A stretch of DNA of 64,000 nucleotides, taken from positions 1-64,000 of the forward strand of contig CAZJQC010000001.1 in NCBI GenBank assembly GCA_964548195.1, read 5' to 3'. The DNA comes from an uncultured bacterium (GTDB lineage: Bacteria; Macinerneyibacteriota; Macinerneyibacteria; Macinerneyibacteriales; DSCS01). The notes under the pieces were generated by a model that was not told the origin of the DNA, did not search any database, and saw only the letters and a list, made by a program, of their open reading frames with translations. Each line of letters starts with the position of its first letter. The first letter of the stretch is position 1. Below, piece by piece: positions 1-8,912 of the stretch. The position numbers and the translations under genes are program-made.

Positions 1-370
<370 letters not shown>

Positions 371-500
371 TAGAATTTAATCTACTTAGCTTTTCACTCA
401 ATCAAACTTAATTGACTTCTTTTTTTACCCGCTCTGCTATCTATACTATTTCACTACAACAGCCTTTTATAAGGCCCGCGCCATCATGCGCGCGAAAAAG

Positions 501-549
501 AATATACACACCCTGCAGGGGATTGTCAATAGAAAAAAATAAAAAAAAC
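501..549 (-). promoter_or_regulatory. rRNA operon sigma70 promoter with A/T-rich UP element
   Basis: Minus strand TTGACA (529-524), 17 bp, TATATT (506-501). A/T tract at 531-548 upstream and GC-rich discriminator downstream. Confidence 0.85.
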
Positions 550-606
550 GATGAAGCGACGGTTTTTTTCTACCGTCTTATATCATACCCCGCATGTGCA
601 GGGACA

Positions 607-1248
607 TCAACCCTCGTCGCCGCTTTTTTCCTTGCGCACGGGCGCCACGACCGTGATGGTCACCTTGTATTCCGGGTACAGCCCCTTCAGGTATTTCTCA
701 ACCCGCTCGACACCCGAAAACTCCGCCTTGTCCAGCAGGCGCTTCGATCTTGCGATCTCATAAAGGCGCGCCTTCGCCATCGACATAAGCCTGTTTCTCT
801 CCTTCTCGTCTATCTGCAGCCAGAAAGCCTTGCTCTCATTCAGAAACTTATAATCCGTGTCCACGGCAATCAGCTCCGGAGAGGGCAAAATGACATTGAT
901 GGCCTTCAGCTTCTCATCCTTGATGAAAGCGCCTTCCCCCATCTTTTCCAGGTCAAAGCCAACCGTCATCTTTCCCCTGACAAGAAGGTCCATCTCCTTG
1001 TCCCCCACATAAAGCGGATAAGAGAGTATGTTCACATAATTTTCTATTCTGTTCTCAACCACATCCGACACGTTAAACTCCATGACGGCCAGTTTAAGTA
1101 TGTCGCGCATGTCATTCACTATGAGCGTGTGTATGATCTCCGACTCACTGCTCTTGACCGGCCCGCTTTTGAGTTTGACGACCCATGCCAAGAGAAAGGC
1201 AATAATAATCAGCTCGCCCACGATGATAATGGATTTAATCCGGCTCAT
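607..1248 (-). CDS. DUF4230-like membrane-anchored protein
   Basis: 213 aa with an N-terminal TM helix and the patterns G-x-MTVGFDL and LPSPEL typical of DUF4230. Start overlaps the murE stop. Confidence 0.65.
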   Translation of the reverse strand: MSRIKSIIIVGELIIIAFLLAWVVKLKSGPVKSSESEIIHTLIVNDMRDILKLAVMEFNVSDVVENRIENYVNILSYPLYVGDKEMDLLVRGKMTVGFDLEKMGEGAFIKDEKLKAINVILPSPELIAVDTDYKFLNESKAFWLQIDEKERNRLMSMAKARLYEIARSKRLLDKAEFSGVERVEKYLKGLYPEYKVTITVVAPVRKEKSGDEG

Positions 1249-2674
1249 CAGCTCCCCCTTTCAGAAAGGCCTCAACGACCTCCCTGTCATTGAACGGCAA
1301 TTCATAATCGCCGAACACCTGAAAACGTTCATGCCCTTTCCCGGCTATTATAATATTATCACCTTCATGCGCAATTTCAAGAGATCTTTTTATTGCATCC
1401 CTTCTGTCCACGATCACTTCAAAGGATGCCGAAGGGCCGAACCCCGACGCAGTCTCGGCGCATATGGACTCAGGATCCTCCCCGTGGGGGTCGTCCGAGG
1501 TGACGATGACATGCGTGGCGTACTTTTCGCCCACGGCCGCCATAAGCGGCCTCTTGCCCCTGTCACGGTCTCCGGTGCATCCGAACACGAGTATAAGACC
1601 CCGCTGCGAGCGCCCTTTTACAAGCGCCAGCACCTTCTCAAGGCTGTCCGGCGAATGAGCGTAATCCACATACACGCCGAACCCGTTTCCCCTTATATAT
1701 TCAAGCCTTCCGGGAACACCGTTTTCCCCGAAAACAAACTCATCCTTTGTACAGCCCGATTCCCTCATCAGCAGGGCGGCCATGACGGCGTTATATGCGT
1801 TATAGTCGCCGGGCATCTTCATGGTGACGGCAATCCCCTCTCCCAAAGAGACCGTCCCCCAGACATGCCTGGCAAGGGTGAAGCGGCTGTCGCCACGCTC
1901 AAAACCGAAGCCGGTCACCCTGCGCCCTCCGGCCTTCAGCTCTTTATACAGTTCGTTTCCCCTCTCGTCATCGCAGTTGATCACGGCTCCGCCCACTTCA
2001 TATTCTCTGAAAAGCTTTTTCTTCGCGTGGAAATAGGAATCCATGTCGCCGTGATAATCCAGGTGATCCCTGCTGAGGTTTGTGAATCCGGCGGCCTTGA
2101 ACGTCAGTCCGTTCACCCGCCTCTGTTCGAGGGCGTGGGAGGACACCTCCATATAGCATACGGTATGGCCGGAGTCGGCCAGGCCGCGCAACAAAGCATA
2201 GAGTGAATAGACATCGGGCGTGGTGGCGGCATTCCTTTTCAAAAAACCATTCATGCCGTAGATGCCTATGGTCCCTATGTATGATGCCTTTTTCCCGTCC
2301 TTTACCGAATCCTCATACATTATAAAAGCGGCCGTGGTCTTCCCCTTTGTGCCCGTTACGGCCACGATATCCATGCCGCTGAGGCTCTCGCCGTACAGTT
2401 CCGCCAGCAATGTCCTTTCGAAAGCGCACATATCAGACACAAGCAGCAGCGGAACGCCCTCGATAAAGACATCCGATATGACAAAAACCGCCCCGTTCAC
2501 CATGGCCTGCCCGGCATAAGCGGAGCCGTGAGAGCCGCACCCCTGTTTGGCCACAAAGACAAAACCCCGGCCGACAAGGCGGGAATCGGATACTATCCCG
2601 CTGAACGAGACTGTCACATCGCCAAAAACAGATATGACGGCGGGGTCATTTAGAACCTTTGAGCTTAGCTTCAT
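1235..2674 (-). CDS. murE: UDP-N-acetylmuramoyl-dipeptide:diamino-acid ligase MurE
   Basis: Motifs VTGTKGKTT, TTPD, MEVSSH, FTNLSRDHLDYH, VDYAHSPD, DDPHGED, IAGKGHE. Confidence 0.95.
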   Translation of the reverse strand: MKLSSKVLNDPAVISVFGDVTVSFSGIVSDSRLVGRGFVFVAKQGCGSHGSAYAGQAMVNGAVFVISDVFIEGVPLLLVSDMCAFERTLLAELYGESLSGMDIVAVTGTKGKTTAAFIMYEDSVKDGKKASYIGTIGIYGMNGFLKRNAATTPDVYSLYALLRGLADSGHTVCYMEVSSHALEQRRVNGLTFKAAGFTNLSRDHLDYHGDMDSYFHAKKKLFREYEVGGAVINCDDERGNELYKELKAGGRRVTGFGFERGDSRFTLARHVWGTVSLGEGIAVTMKMPGDYNAYNAVMAALLMRESGCTKDEFVFGENGVPGRLEYIRGNGFGVYVDYAHSPDSLEKVLALVKGRSQRGLILVFGCTGDRDRGKRPLMAAVGEKYATHVIVTSDDPHGEDPESICAETASGFGPSASFEVIVDRRDAIKRSLEIAHEGDNIIIAGKGHERFQVFGDYELPFNDREVVEAFLKGGADEPD

Positions 2675-4010
2675 AGAGAGCTATCTCCTCTCTCAGCAAT
2701 TTCTTCGACTCATATTTTTCCGGGATGAAAAATATATTTTTTTTCAGAAATTTAAGATAGTCGGAATCGGACACATTCGCTTTCATCATCTCCGCGCATT
2801 TAAGCGTCGCATAAGAGCCGTCGAGGGTGAGCATATATGGATATCGCTGAAATATCGTCTCAAGTGTCACGGCGGCCAGATCCGGTTTTTCTTCGGTGAA
2901 ATAATAATCACTCAAAAAGAGGAGTACCTCGCATGCGAAGAGTTCGCTTTCAGATCCGCTGGCAACGGCCCTGGCAACCTGTTCGGTAAGATTCTGAGTC
3001 GTCCCCTTGAGATAGTCAATATCCATAGCCTCTATGGCATGTATCTCGTTCAGAGCGTTCAATCCGGCCCGCACATCATCCTCGCTGAACACCTCCAGCT
3101 CATATATCAGCGTCTTGAAGGTATCCACCGCGCTGCGGTACTTCTTTCTGTCAAAATATATCTTTCCCGTGTAGTACCTTATATGTGATCTCACGTGTTC
3201 ATATATGCGTTGTTCAGCCATCTCGTTCAGGAACATGAGCGCGATATCGGCGGCCCTTGTGTTGCCGGCCGTCATCTCATACATCTTCTTCAGAGCCTCT
3301 ATGCCGTAATCATAACGGACCCCGGCCGAATTTTCCCAATAGTTCCCCGAATACCGTAATACGGTCCTCTGATAATTTTCCATGGCGTTTCTCATGCCGA
3401 AAAGCGTTCCGGACAACTCGCCCATGTTGAACTGTGCCTCTGAAAGGACATGCCCCGCGGTGTCGTTCAATATATAGCGTTCATCATTATACAGCGCGTA
3501 TTTCTTTGCGATGCGGTTGTACTCCCAGTATGCCATGGGCACATCCTGATAATAATGCTGATATATCTGGGCTATGAGCAAATGCGCCAATGGCGCTATA
3601 TGAAAACTATAGCCTTCCTTGTTGGTGATCGGGCTGACCATGCCGTCGGGGTAATCGTCGACTATCTGTTCAAAAAAGGTCTTCGCCTCCTCATAATCCC
3701 CAAGGTCAAGGTAGAGTTTCCCCGTAAGGAAGAGCGCGTCATCGGCGTATCTGGATCCGGGAAACCGTCTGACCAGTTCCATAAAGCGCCCGGATATAAT
3801 ATCCACTGATTCACGGTCGAACTCACCCTTATCCCACATCTCAGTGTATTTTTCAAAGAAATATATGAAAAAAGGGACAATGTCCGACTCGTCGGTAAGC
3901 GATACGGCGGCGGCTTCCACTTTCAGCGGGACAAGGGTATCCCCAGGCTTCTCTCTCACGCAGGAGAACAGCGAACAGATCAGCACGGCTGTCAGGAAGA
4001 CTTTTTTCAA
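2646..4010 (-). CDS. TPR-repeat lipoprotein (BamD/CpoB-like repeats)
   Basis: Lipobox LFSC and TPR units such as FPGSRYADDALFLTGKLY. Likely TTG start at 4010 after GGAGG (ORF track starts at 4016). Confidence 0.75.
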   Translation of the reverse strand: MKKVFLTAVLICSLFSCVREKPGDTLVPLKVEAAAVSLTDESDIVPFFIYFFEKYTEMWDKGEFDRESVDIISGRFMELVRRFPGSRYADDALFLTGKLYLDLGDYEEAKTFFEQIVDDYPDGMVSPITNKEGYSFHIAPLAHLLIAQIYQHYYQDVPMAYWEYNRIAKKYALYNDERYILNDTAGHVLSEAQFNMGELSGTLFGMRNAMENYQRTVLRYSGNYWENSAGVRYDYGIEALKKMYEMTAGNTRAADIALMFLNEMAEQRIYEHVRSHIRYYTGKIYFDRKKYRSAVDTFKTLIYELEVFSEDDVRAGLNALNEIHAIEAMDIDYLKGTTQNLTEQVARAVASGSESELFACEVLLFLSDYYFTEEKPDLAAVTLETIFQRYPYMLTLDGSYATLKCAEMMKANVSDSDYLKFLKKNIFFIPEKYESKKLLREEIALYEAKLKGSK

Positions 4011-4139
4011 GAACAAACCTCCATTAGATGATATGTCTCACTATACAGGAAATCGTCGGGAATTCAATACCATTATACCTTATAAATGGTTGAAAAAGGC
4101 GCAAGTCGGCTGTATAGTATACTGTATCGGAGGTATGAC

Positions 4140-4478
4140 ATGAAGGTTGACGTCCATTTGCTGGACCTGGTATTCTATCTGTTCTCCACGCGATTCATAA
4201 TGGCGGCCGTGATCGGCATCTTTCCTTTCGCCGTGTGGGCGCTCATATTGGCGATCAGGGCCCATCAAAACAAAGTCGTCACGGGGAAGGAAGGCCTGAT
4301 CGACTCATTCGGCTCAGCGAGGACCGACATATCGCCGGGCGGCGGCAAAATAGACATACGGGGAGAAATATGGAGCGCGGTGAGCAGGGAAAAGATCAAA
4401 CGCGGCGCGGTTGTCTCAGTGGAAGGCATCAGAAACATGGTGCTGATGGTAAGAGAAAATAAAGACGATTTACTCTAA
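4140..4478 (+). CDS. NfeD C-terminal (OB-fold) membrane protein
   Basis: TGKEGLI...GKIDIRGEIWSAVS...I..GAVVSVEG. ATG at 4140 after GGAGG. Adjacent to an SPFH gene. Confidence 0.85.
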   Translation: MKVDVHLLDLVFYLFSTRFIMAAVIGIFPFAVWALILAIRAHQNKVVTGKEGLIDSFGSARTDISPGGGKIDIRGEIWSAVSREKIKRGAVVSVEGIRNMVLMVRENKDDLL

Positions 4479-4490
4479 AAGGAGGTTTGG

Positions 4491-5231
4491 ATGTATATTC
4501 TATACGCATTACTGTTTGTAGTGTTCATACTGCTGCCCTCGATGCTGAGGGTCATAAGAGAGTATGAACGGGCGGTCATCTTCAGGCTGGGCCGGATAAT
4601 CAAACCCAAGGGCCCGGGGCTCATATTCCTGGTCCCCGTCTTCGATAAGATGGAGCGCGTAAGTCTGAGGCTCATGGCCATAGACGTCCCGGAACAGGAC
4701 GTCATCACAAAGGACAATGTGTCCGTAACGGTCAATGCCGTGGTGTATCTGAGGGTGATAGACCCCATAAAGGCGGTCATCGAAGTCAAAAATTATGTGT
4801 ACTACACTCAGCAGCTGGCGCAGACCACGCTCAGAAGCATACTGGGCCAGGTCGAACTTGACGAACTGCTTTCGCAGAGAGACAAGATCAATGACGAACT
4901 GCAGGGCATACTTGACAAACTGACCGATCCCTGGGGGGTAAAAGTCACCGCTGTGGAGATCAAACACGTGGATCTTCCGCAGGAGATGAAACGCGCGATG
5001 GCGAAACAGGCTGAAGCCGAGAGACTGAGAAGAGCCAAGATAATCAACGCCGAAGGCGAGCAGCAGGCAGCTCAGAAACTGAAGGAAGCTTCGGACACGC
5101 TCAACAAATCGCCTTTATCGCTGCAGCTTCGTTATCTGCAGACATTGAACGATATCGCCGCCGAAAACAATTCCACGGTGGTATTCCCCATACCTATCGA
5201 CACTATCAAAGCATTCATGGAAAAAAAATAA
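4491..5231 (+). CDS. SPFH/Band-7 stomatin-like (slipin) protein
   Basis: [49 protein letters not shown]. Confidence 0.95.
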   Translation: MYILYALLFVVFILLPSMLRVIREYERAVIFRLGRIIKPKGPGLIFLVPVFDKMERVSLRLMAIDVPEQDVITKDNVSVTVNAVVYLRVIDPIKAVIEVKNYVYYTQQLAQTTLRSILGQVELDELLSQRDKINDELQGILDKLTDPWGVKVTAVEIKHVDLPQEMKRAMAKQAEAERLRRAKIINAEGEQQAAQKLKEASDTLNKSPLSLQLRYLQTLNDIAAENNSTVVFPIPIDTIKAFMEKK

Positions 5232-5238
5232 GACCGTA

Positions 5239-5263
5239 AAACGGGGGCGTCAAGCCCCCGTTT
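5239..5263 (+). terminator. GC hairpin / intrinsic terminator after the SPFH gene
   Basis: AAACGGGGGC-GTCAA-GCCCCCGTTT. Confidence 0.7.
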
Positions 5264-5415
5264 CCATTTACAGCGGCACACGCGTACATCCCCGCCTTTC
5301 CATACATCTGTGATCACGGGCCCGGCCCGCTCTCATGCGCCTTTCAGGACGCTATGATCGAGCCTGTCTCCGGGACGGCGCGCTCAACATATATCTGATC
5401 ATAAAGAAGGGAGTC

Positions 5416-5440
5416 GGGCGCGGGGGAACTTCCCGCGCCC
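5416..5440 (-). terminator. GC hairpin after the 5447-5746 gene
   Basis: GGGCGCGGG-N7-CCCGCGCCC immediately downstream of the minus-strand stop, followed by a pyrimidine-rich tract on the minus strand. Confidence 0.55.
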
Positions 5441-5446
5441 CGCGGT

Positions 5447-5746
5447 CTATGAGGTCTTAGCCCGGCCTTTTTTCAACGCTGTCCCTACCAGCAGACATAC
5501 CAGGTATATCAACGCGAAGGGCAGCAGCACCGGAAATATTATGAGCCCGGCCAATATCAAAAGGGGGAGGATGACAACCGCCGCCGCAATGGAAAAGACG
5601 GCTATCAAAACTTTGATTATCAGCCAGGCCAGGAAAAACATGATTACCAGCTGCAGTATTCCAGTCAACATCGAGACGATGAACAGGCCCGGGAACAGCA
5701 TGTACACAAGCGCGATCGCCAACAAAATTCCAAACAGTCCTCTCAT
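5447..5746 (-). CDS. Small integral membrane protein, unknown function
   Basis: 99 aa, almost entirely hydrophobic with a basic C-tail. AAGGAG RBS. Confidence 0.75.
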   Translation of the reverse strand: MRGLFGILLAIALVYMLFPGLFIVSMLTGILQLVIMFFLAWLIIKVLIAVFSIAAAVVILPLLILAGLIIFPVLLPFALIYLVCLLVGTALKKGRAKTS

Positions 5747-5769
5747 CTCAACTCCTTTGGTTTAAGGAT

Positions 5770-5798
5770 TAGACAAATGTGCGCATCCGCAGGTTTCA
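5770..5798 (-). promoter_or_regulatory. Putative ECF-sigma promoter
   Basis: TGAAAC-N17-TGTCTA upstream of the 5746 start. Same spacing as sites at 12531-12559 and 30630-30658. Confidence 0.6.
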
Positions 5799-5819
5799 AT
5801 TATTTTCAGGTCTTGCCCG

Positions 5820-6911
5820 CTAAAACAATGCGATTGCCGCGGCAAGGAACAGGAAGAGCATCCCCATGGAGAGTTTAAACGCGGCGTGCCTTTTCATAAA
5901 AAAAGACCTGAGCTGACCGGATGTCGCGCCCAGGCTCACCGCCGTGCCGACAAGAAGCAGGGGGATGACAAACATGATATTATAAAGCAGAAGGAAAAGA
6001 TAGCCTCCGGCGGCGCCTTCCCGCACGATGATCGTTATCACCGGAAGATAGACCTGCCCCGTGCAGGCCATCTCCACAAAAGAGACCGCCATGCCGCAGG
6101 CGAACGCCATAGGGTAGGGTTTTGGAGAATCCGCGGCCCTTTTTATGAAATCGTTTATGCGCCGCCTCCCGGCATCAGACAGCCGGAGCATGGTTTTGCC
6201 CCCTCTTTTTATTCTCACATAATCCAGAAAAGAGAAGACTGCGAGTATCACAAGCGCGGCAGAAAGCATGGCTTCAAAAACAGACCTGAACGCTGCAATA
6301 TCATAGAATCCCCGTATGATCTCCCGCATGCCCATGCCTATGAGAAAATAAGCCGAAAAGACCCCGGCGCCAAAGACAAGCATCGTGATAAAAACGGCCT
6401 TTCTGTTCCGCCCGGACGCGGCAAGGTAAAGAGCCATGAAGATGATAGCGGCAAACGCGCAGGGGTTTACCCCGTCAACCAGTCCCCCTGCGATCACCGC
6501 CCACAAAGGAGGCAGTTCAAAAGCGCCGTGCATCCCCCCCTCCCGAAGCAGAGGCCCGAATGCATCCTTTTGATATGCCGCAGCCGCCCGGGCATATGCC
6601 TCAAACCCCGCGTCGCCTTCCAAGATGACGTCCCCGATAAGTGTAACCGGGACCTCCCTGGGCACGAACCCGAACCTGCGCGTAACCGGCCTCAGAAGCG
6701 AGAGTTGCGTAAAAACGTCGAACTCGGCCAGCTCAATGTCGTATTCGGCCTCAAGACGCCGTATGTGTCCTTTGACTTCCCTGCAGCTGCCGCAATCGGG
6801 ATCGGTAAAGATATAGGCTTTTATCTCAACAGAGGCGGCAAGGGAGATGTCCCGCAGTATAAAAAATAGCGGCAACAGCAACAGAAGTGTCAGAAAAACG
6901 TTTTTTTTCAC
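5820..6911 (-). CDS. Thioredoxin/glutaredoxin-like domain fused to a CcdA/DsbD-type transmembrane domain
   Basis: Signal peptide, CGSC motif, then TM helices with DGVNPCAF and EMACTGQVY cysteines. Confidence 0.85.
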   Translation of the reverse strand: MKKNVFLTLLLLLPLFFILRDISLAASVEIKAYIFTDPDCGSCREVKGHIRRLEAEYDIELAEFDVFTQLSLLRPVTRRFGFVPREVPVTLIGDVILEGDAGFEAYARAAAAYQKDAFGPLLREGGMHGAFELPPLWAVIAGGLVDGVNPCAFAAIIFMALYLAASGRNRKAVFITMLVFGAGVFSAYFLIGMGMREIIRGFYDIAAFRSVFEAMLSAALVILAVFSFLDYVRIKRGGKTMLRLSDAGRRRINDFIKRAADSPKPYPMAFACGMAVSFVEMACTGQVYLPVITIIVREGAAGGYLFLLLYNIMFVIPLLLVGTAVSLGATSGQLRSFFMKRHAAFKLSMGMLFLFLAAAIALF

Positions 6912-7660
6912 TATTGATACCTTTTCATCTCATCCCACATCTCTTTTACCGCCGGCAAATATCCATTTTCCGTCTTTAAAACCGAATGTGAAGCGTCGCC
7001 CAGTATGATCTTTTTTCCCCTTATCCTGAAAATATTCCCTATATTGACTATCACGGATCCGGAGATCCTGGAAAAGACTTTACCGTCGAGACGTTCCGGA
7101 AGGGTCTCGAAAGGGTATGGAAAATCATATGACGCATCCTTTGCCAACAGTCTTGACTTCCCGCTTTCGGCTGTGAAAGCGAACACATCCTCTTCGTTAA
7201 AAACAAGGACTTCGTCATCCATCTTTACCGGAAAGCGCTTCATGATCTTAAACGTATTAAGCATCTTCTTTATTGTCTCGAAATCAATGGGATATTCATT
7301 TTCGCCGCCCAGCGTGATTATCTTGGCCACCGCGTTGCGCAGCCTGTCGCCGGTGACCGGCTTCAAAAGGTAATCGACACAATTGCTTTCGAAGGCCCTG
7401 ACGGCATAATCATTGAACGCCGTTACAAAGATCACGTGCGGGATGCGCTTCAGTTTGGCCAATAATTCGAATCCGTCATACCCGGGCAGGTTTATATCAA
7501 GGAAGATCAGGTCCGGGGTCTTTTTTTCCACCAGTTCAAGCCCCGCCACCCCGTTTGAAGCATACCCTTCCACGGAAACCTCAGGAATATTCGCCAGAAG
7601 CCGTTCCAGGTTTGCTCTGGATGCGGCCTCATCCTCAATGATCACAGTCTTCAACGTCAT
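6911..7660 (-). CDS. LytTR-family response regulator
   Basis: Receiver motifs IIEDE, FLDINLP, TAF, YLLKP. C-terminal LytTR-like domain FSRISGSVIVN. ATG at 7660 after GAAGGGAG. Confidence 0.9.
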   Translation of the reverse strand: MTLKTVIIEDEAASRANLERLLANIPEVSVEGYASNGVAGLELVEKKTPDLIFLDINLPGYDGFELLAKLKRIPHVIFVTAFNDYAVRAFESNCVDYLLKPVTGDRLRNAVAKIITLGGENEYPIDFETIKKMLNTFKIMKRFPVKMDDEVLVFNEEDVFAFTAESGKSRLLAKDASYDFPYPFETLPERLDGKVFSRISGSVIVNIGNIFRIRGKKIILGDASHSVLKTENGYLPAVKEMWDEMKRYQ

Positions 7661-7680
7661 CTGCAACTCCCTTCAGTAAT

Positions 7681-7709
7681 AATATACAAACCGAAGGGAG
7701 AAATTGCAA
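7681..7709 (-). promoter_or_regulatory. sigma70-type promoter of the LytTR gene
   Basis: TTGCAA (7709-7704), 17 bp, TATATT (7686-7681). Confidence 0.65.
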
Positions 7710-7718
7710 TATACTTTC

Positions 7719-7773
7719 GGACAAGACGCATATATCGGGGGACAAGACGCATATAACGCGGTCAACACGCATT
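7719..7773. repeat. Direct-repeat array with ~21-bp period (putative LytTR binding sites)
   Basis: GGACAAGACGCATATA at 7719 and 7740 (exact copies), degenerate GGTCAACACGCATT at 7760. Confidence 0.8.
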
Positions 7774-7784
7774 CGCCAACAGCG

Positions 7785-8894
7785 TCATTTGTCTTCCCAC
7801 ATGGGATTTTTCACAAAAACCACCCCGGTTTTAACGCCAAGCTGTTTCAACAGGTCCGAATCATCAGCGCCGGACATGGCCACATTGTCCAGTGTATCAC
7901 CCATGTCTATGAATAAGATGGCTATATGATCCCGGTCGACACCCACCACATTGGAAATGCCGTACAGTTCGGGGATCTCCCTGATCCTGATCTCCCGGAC
8001 AAACTCTCCGGTGGCTTTGTCAAAGACGGATATATAATAATCCTTTCTGATGCTTTCTATCTTTGCTGACCCTGACACGTTTGTGATCTTCTGGCCGCCG
8101 CCAAACCCGGCGTAAAGATATTTTTCATCGGCCTTGAGAGAGGCTATCAGCAGGTTGCCCGCAGGTCCAGACTGTGTAAACGCTATTTTGTCGTATTTTT
8201 CCCTGAGCGGCCGTGTAAATGTGTTCACAAGCTCGAGGTCCGCGTCATATTGCTCTATCCTGTAGGGTTCATTATAGTAACCCAGATATATGGACTTAGT
8301 ATCTTCGTCGGCGTATATACCCCCCCGTTTCAGCTCCTCGCCCTGCAGTTTCGAAAAATCAGTGACGGGGTCCGCATATTCAAGTGTCTTTACGGCTTCG
8401 CCCTTAAGCGTGTCCACGCGGACAAGCTTCTTGGCAAACATGCCGTGAAAATAGAGATCGCCGTCCATCACGCTCATCCCCCCCGCAGTACCTATGTCCG
8501 AGTTTACGGGGAACTCATCTTCAAACTTGCCGTCCAGGCCGTATATTATTATTTTGCTCAAAGCTTCGTCGTATATGTATATCTTCTCCCCGTCCACCAG
8601 CATCGAGAAAGCAACTCTTACTTCTCCCGGCCCGTTTCCCATACTTACGGGTATGACCTTCACGACGGTCCCGTCCTTTTGGGCAAAATTGATATCCATC
8701 TGTTCCGGCGTATCCTTCACAAAATAGAGCAGACCTTCATGCATCCCCACCTTTTCGGGAGGGTTCACGATTGTAAGCCCCTCCGGCACCCAGGCATAAT
8801 CAACGGCAACCTCAACGCTTTCATACCCGGCCCTGCCGCAGCCCAGGAGTACAGCAAACATCAGCAACATTGAAAACCACATGATTCTTTTCAT
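7785..8894 (-). CDS. Lipoprotein, putative 6-bladed beta-propeller (paralog A)
   Basis: Lipobox LLGC, GNGPGE motif, IYIYD/IIIYGLDG blades. Start 8894 after GAAGGAAG. Confidence 0.75.
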   Translation of the reverse strand: MKRIMWFSMLLMFAVLLGCGRAGYESVEVAVDYAWVPEGLTIVNPPEKVGMHEGLLYFVKDTPEQMDINFAQKDGTVVKVIPVSMGNGPGEVRVAFSMLVDGEKIYIYDEALSKIIIYGLDGKFEDEFPVNSDIGTAGGMSVMDGDLYFHGMFAKKLVRVDTLKGEAVKTLEYADPVTDFSKLQGEELKRGGIYADEDTKSIYLGYYNEPYRIEQYDADLELVNTFTRPLREKYDKIAFTQSGPAGNLLIASLKADEKYLYAGFGGGQKITNVSGSAKIESIRKDYYISVFDKATGEFVREIRIREIPELYGISNVVGVDRDHIAILFIDMGDTLDNVAMSGADDSDLLKQLGVKTGVVFVKNPMWEDK

Positions 8895-8912
8895 GACGCT
8901 TCCTTCGAACAT

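Noticed and set aside
412..2206. Long plus-strand ORFs 412-1293 and 1082-2206
   Set aside because: Shadow frames opposite DUF4230/murE with no motifs or RBS.
5264..5415. Unexplained ~150-bp region between two hairpins as ncRNA, riboswitch or sORF
   Set aside because: No recognisable riboswitch or SRP/6S motifs. Only short ORFs without SD. An Infernal scan would be needed to exclude it fully.
7719..7773. Repeat array as a mini-CRISPR
   Set aside because: 16-bp units with 4-5-bp spacers, only 2-3 copies and no cas genes. Fits protein-binding sites better.
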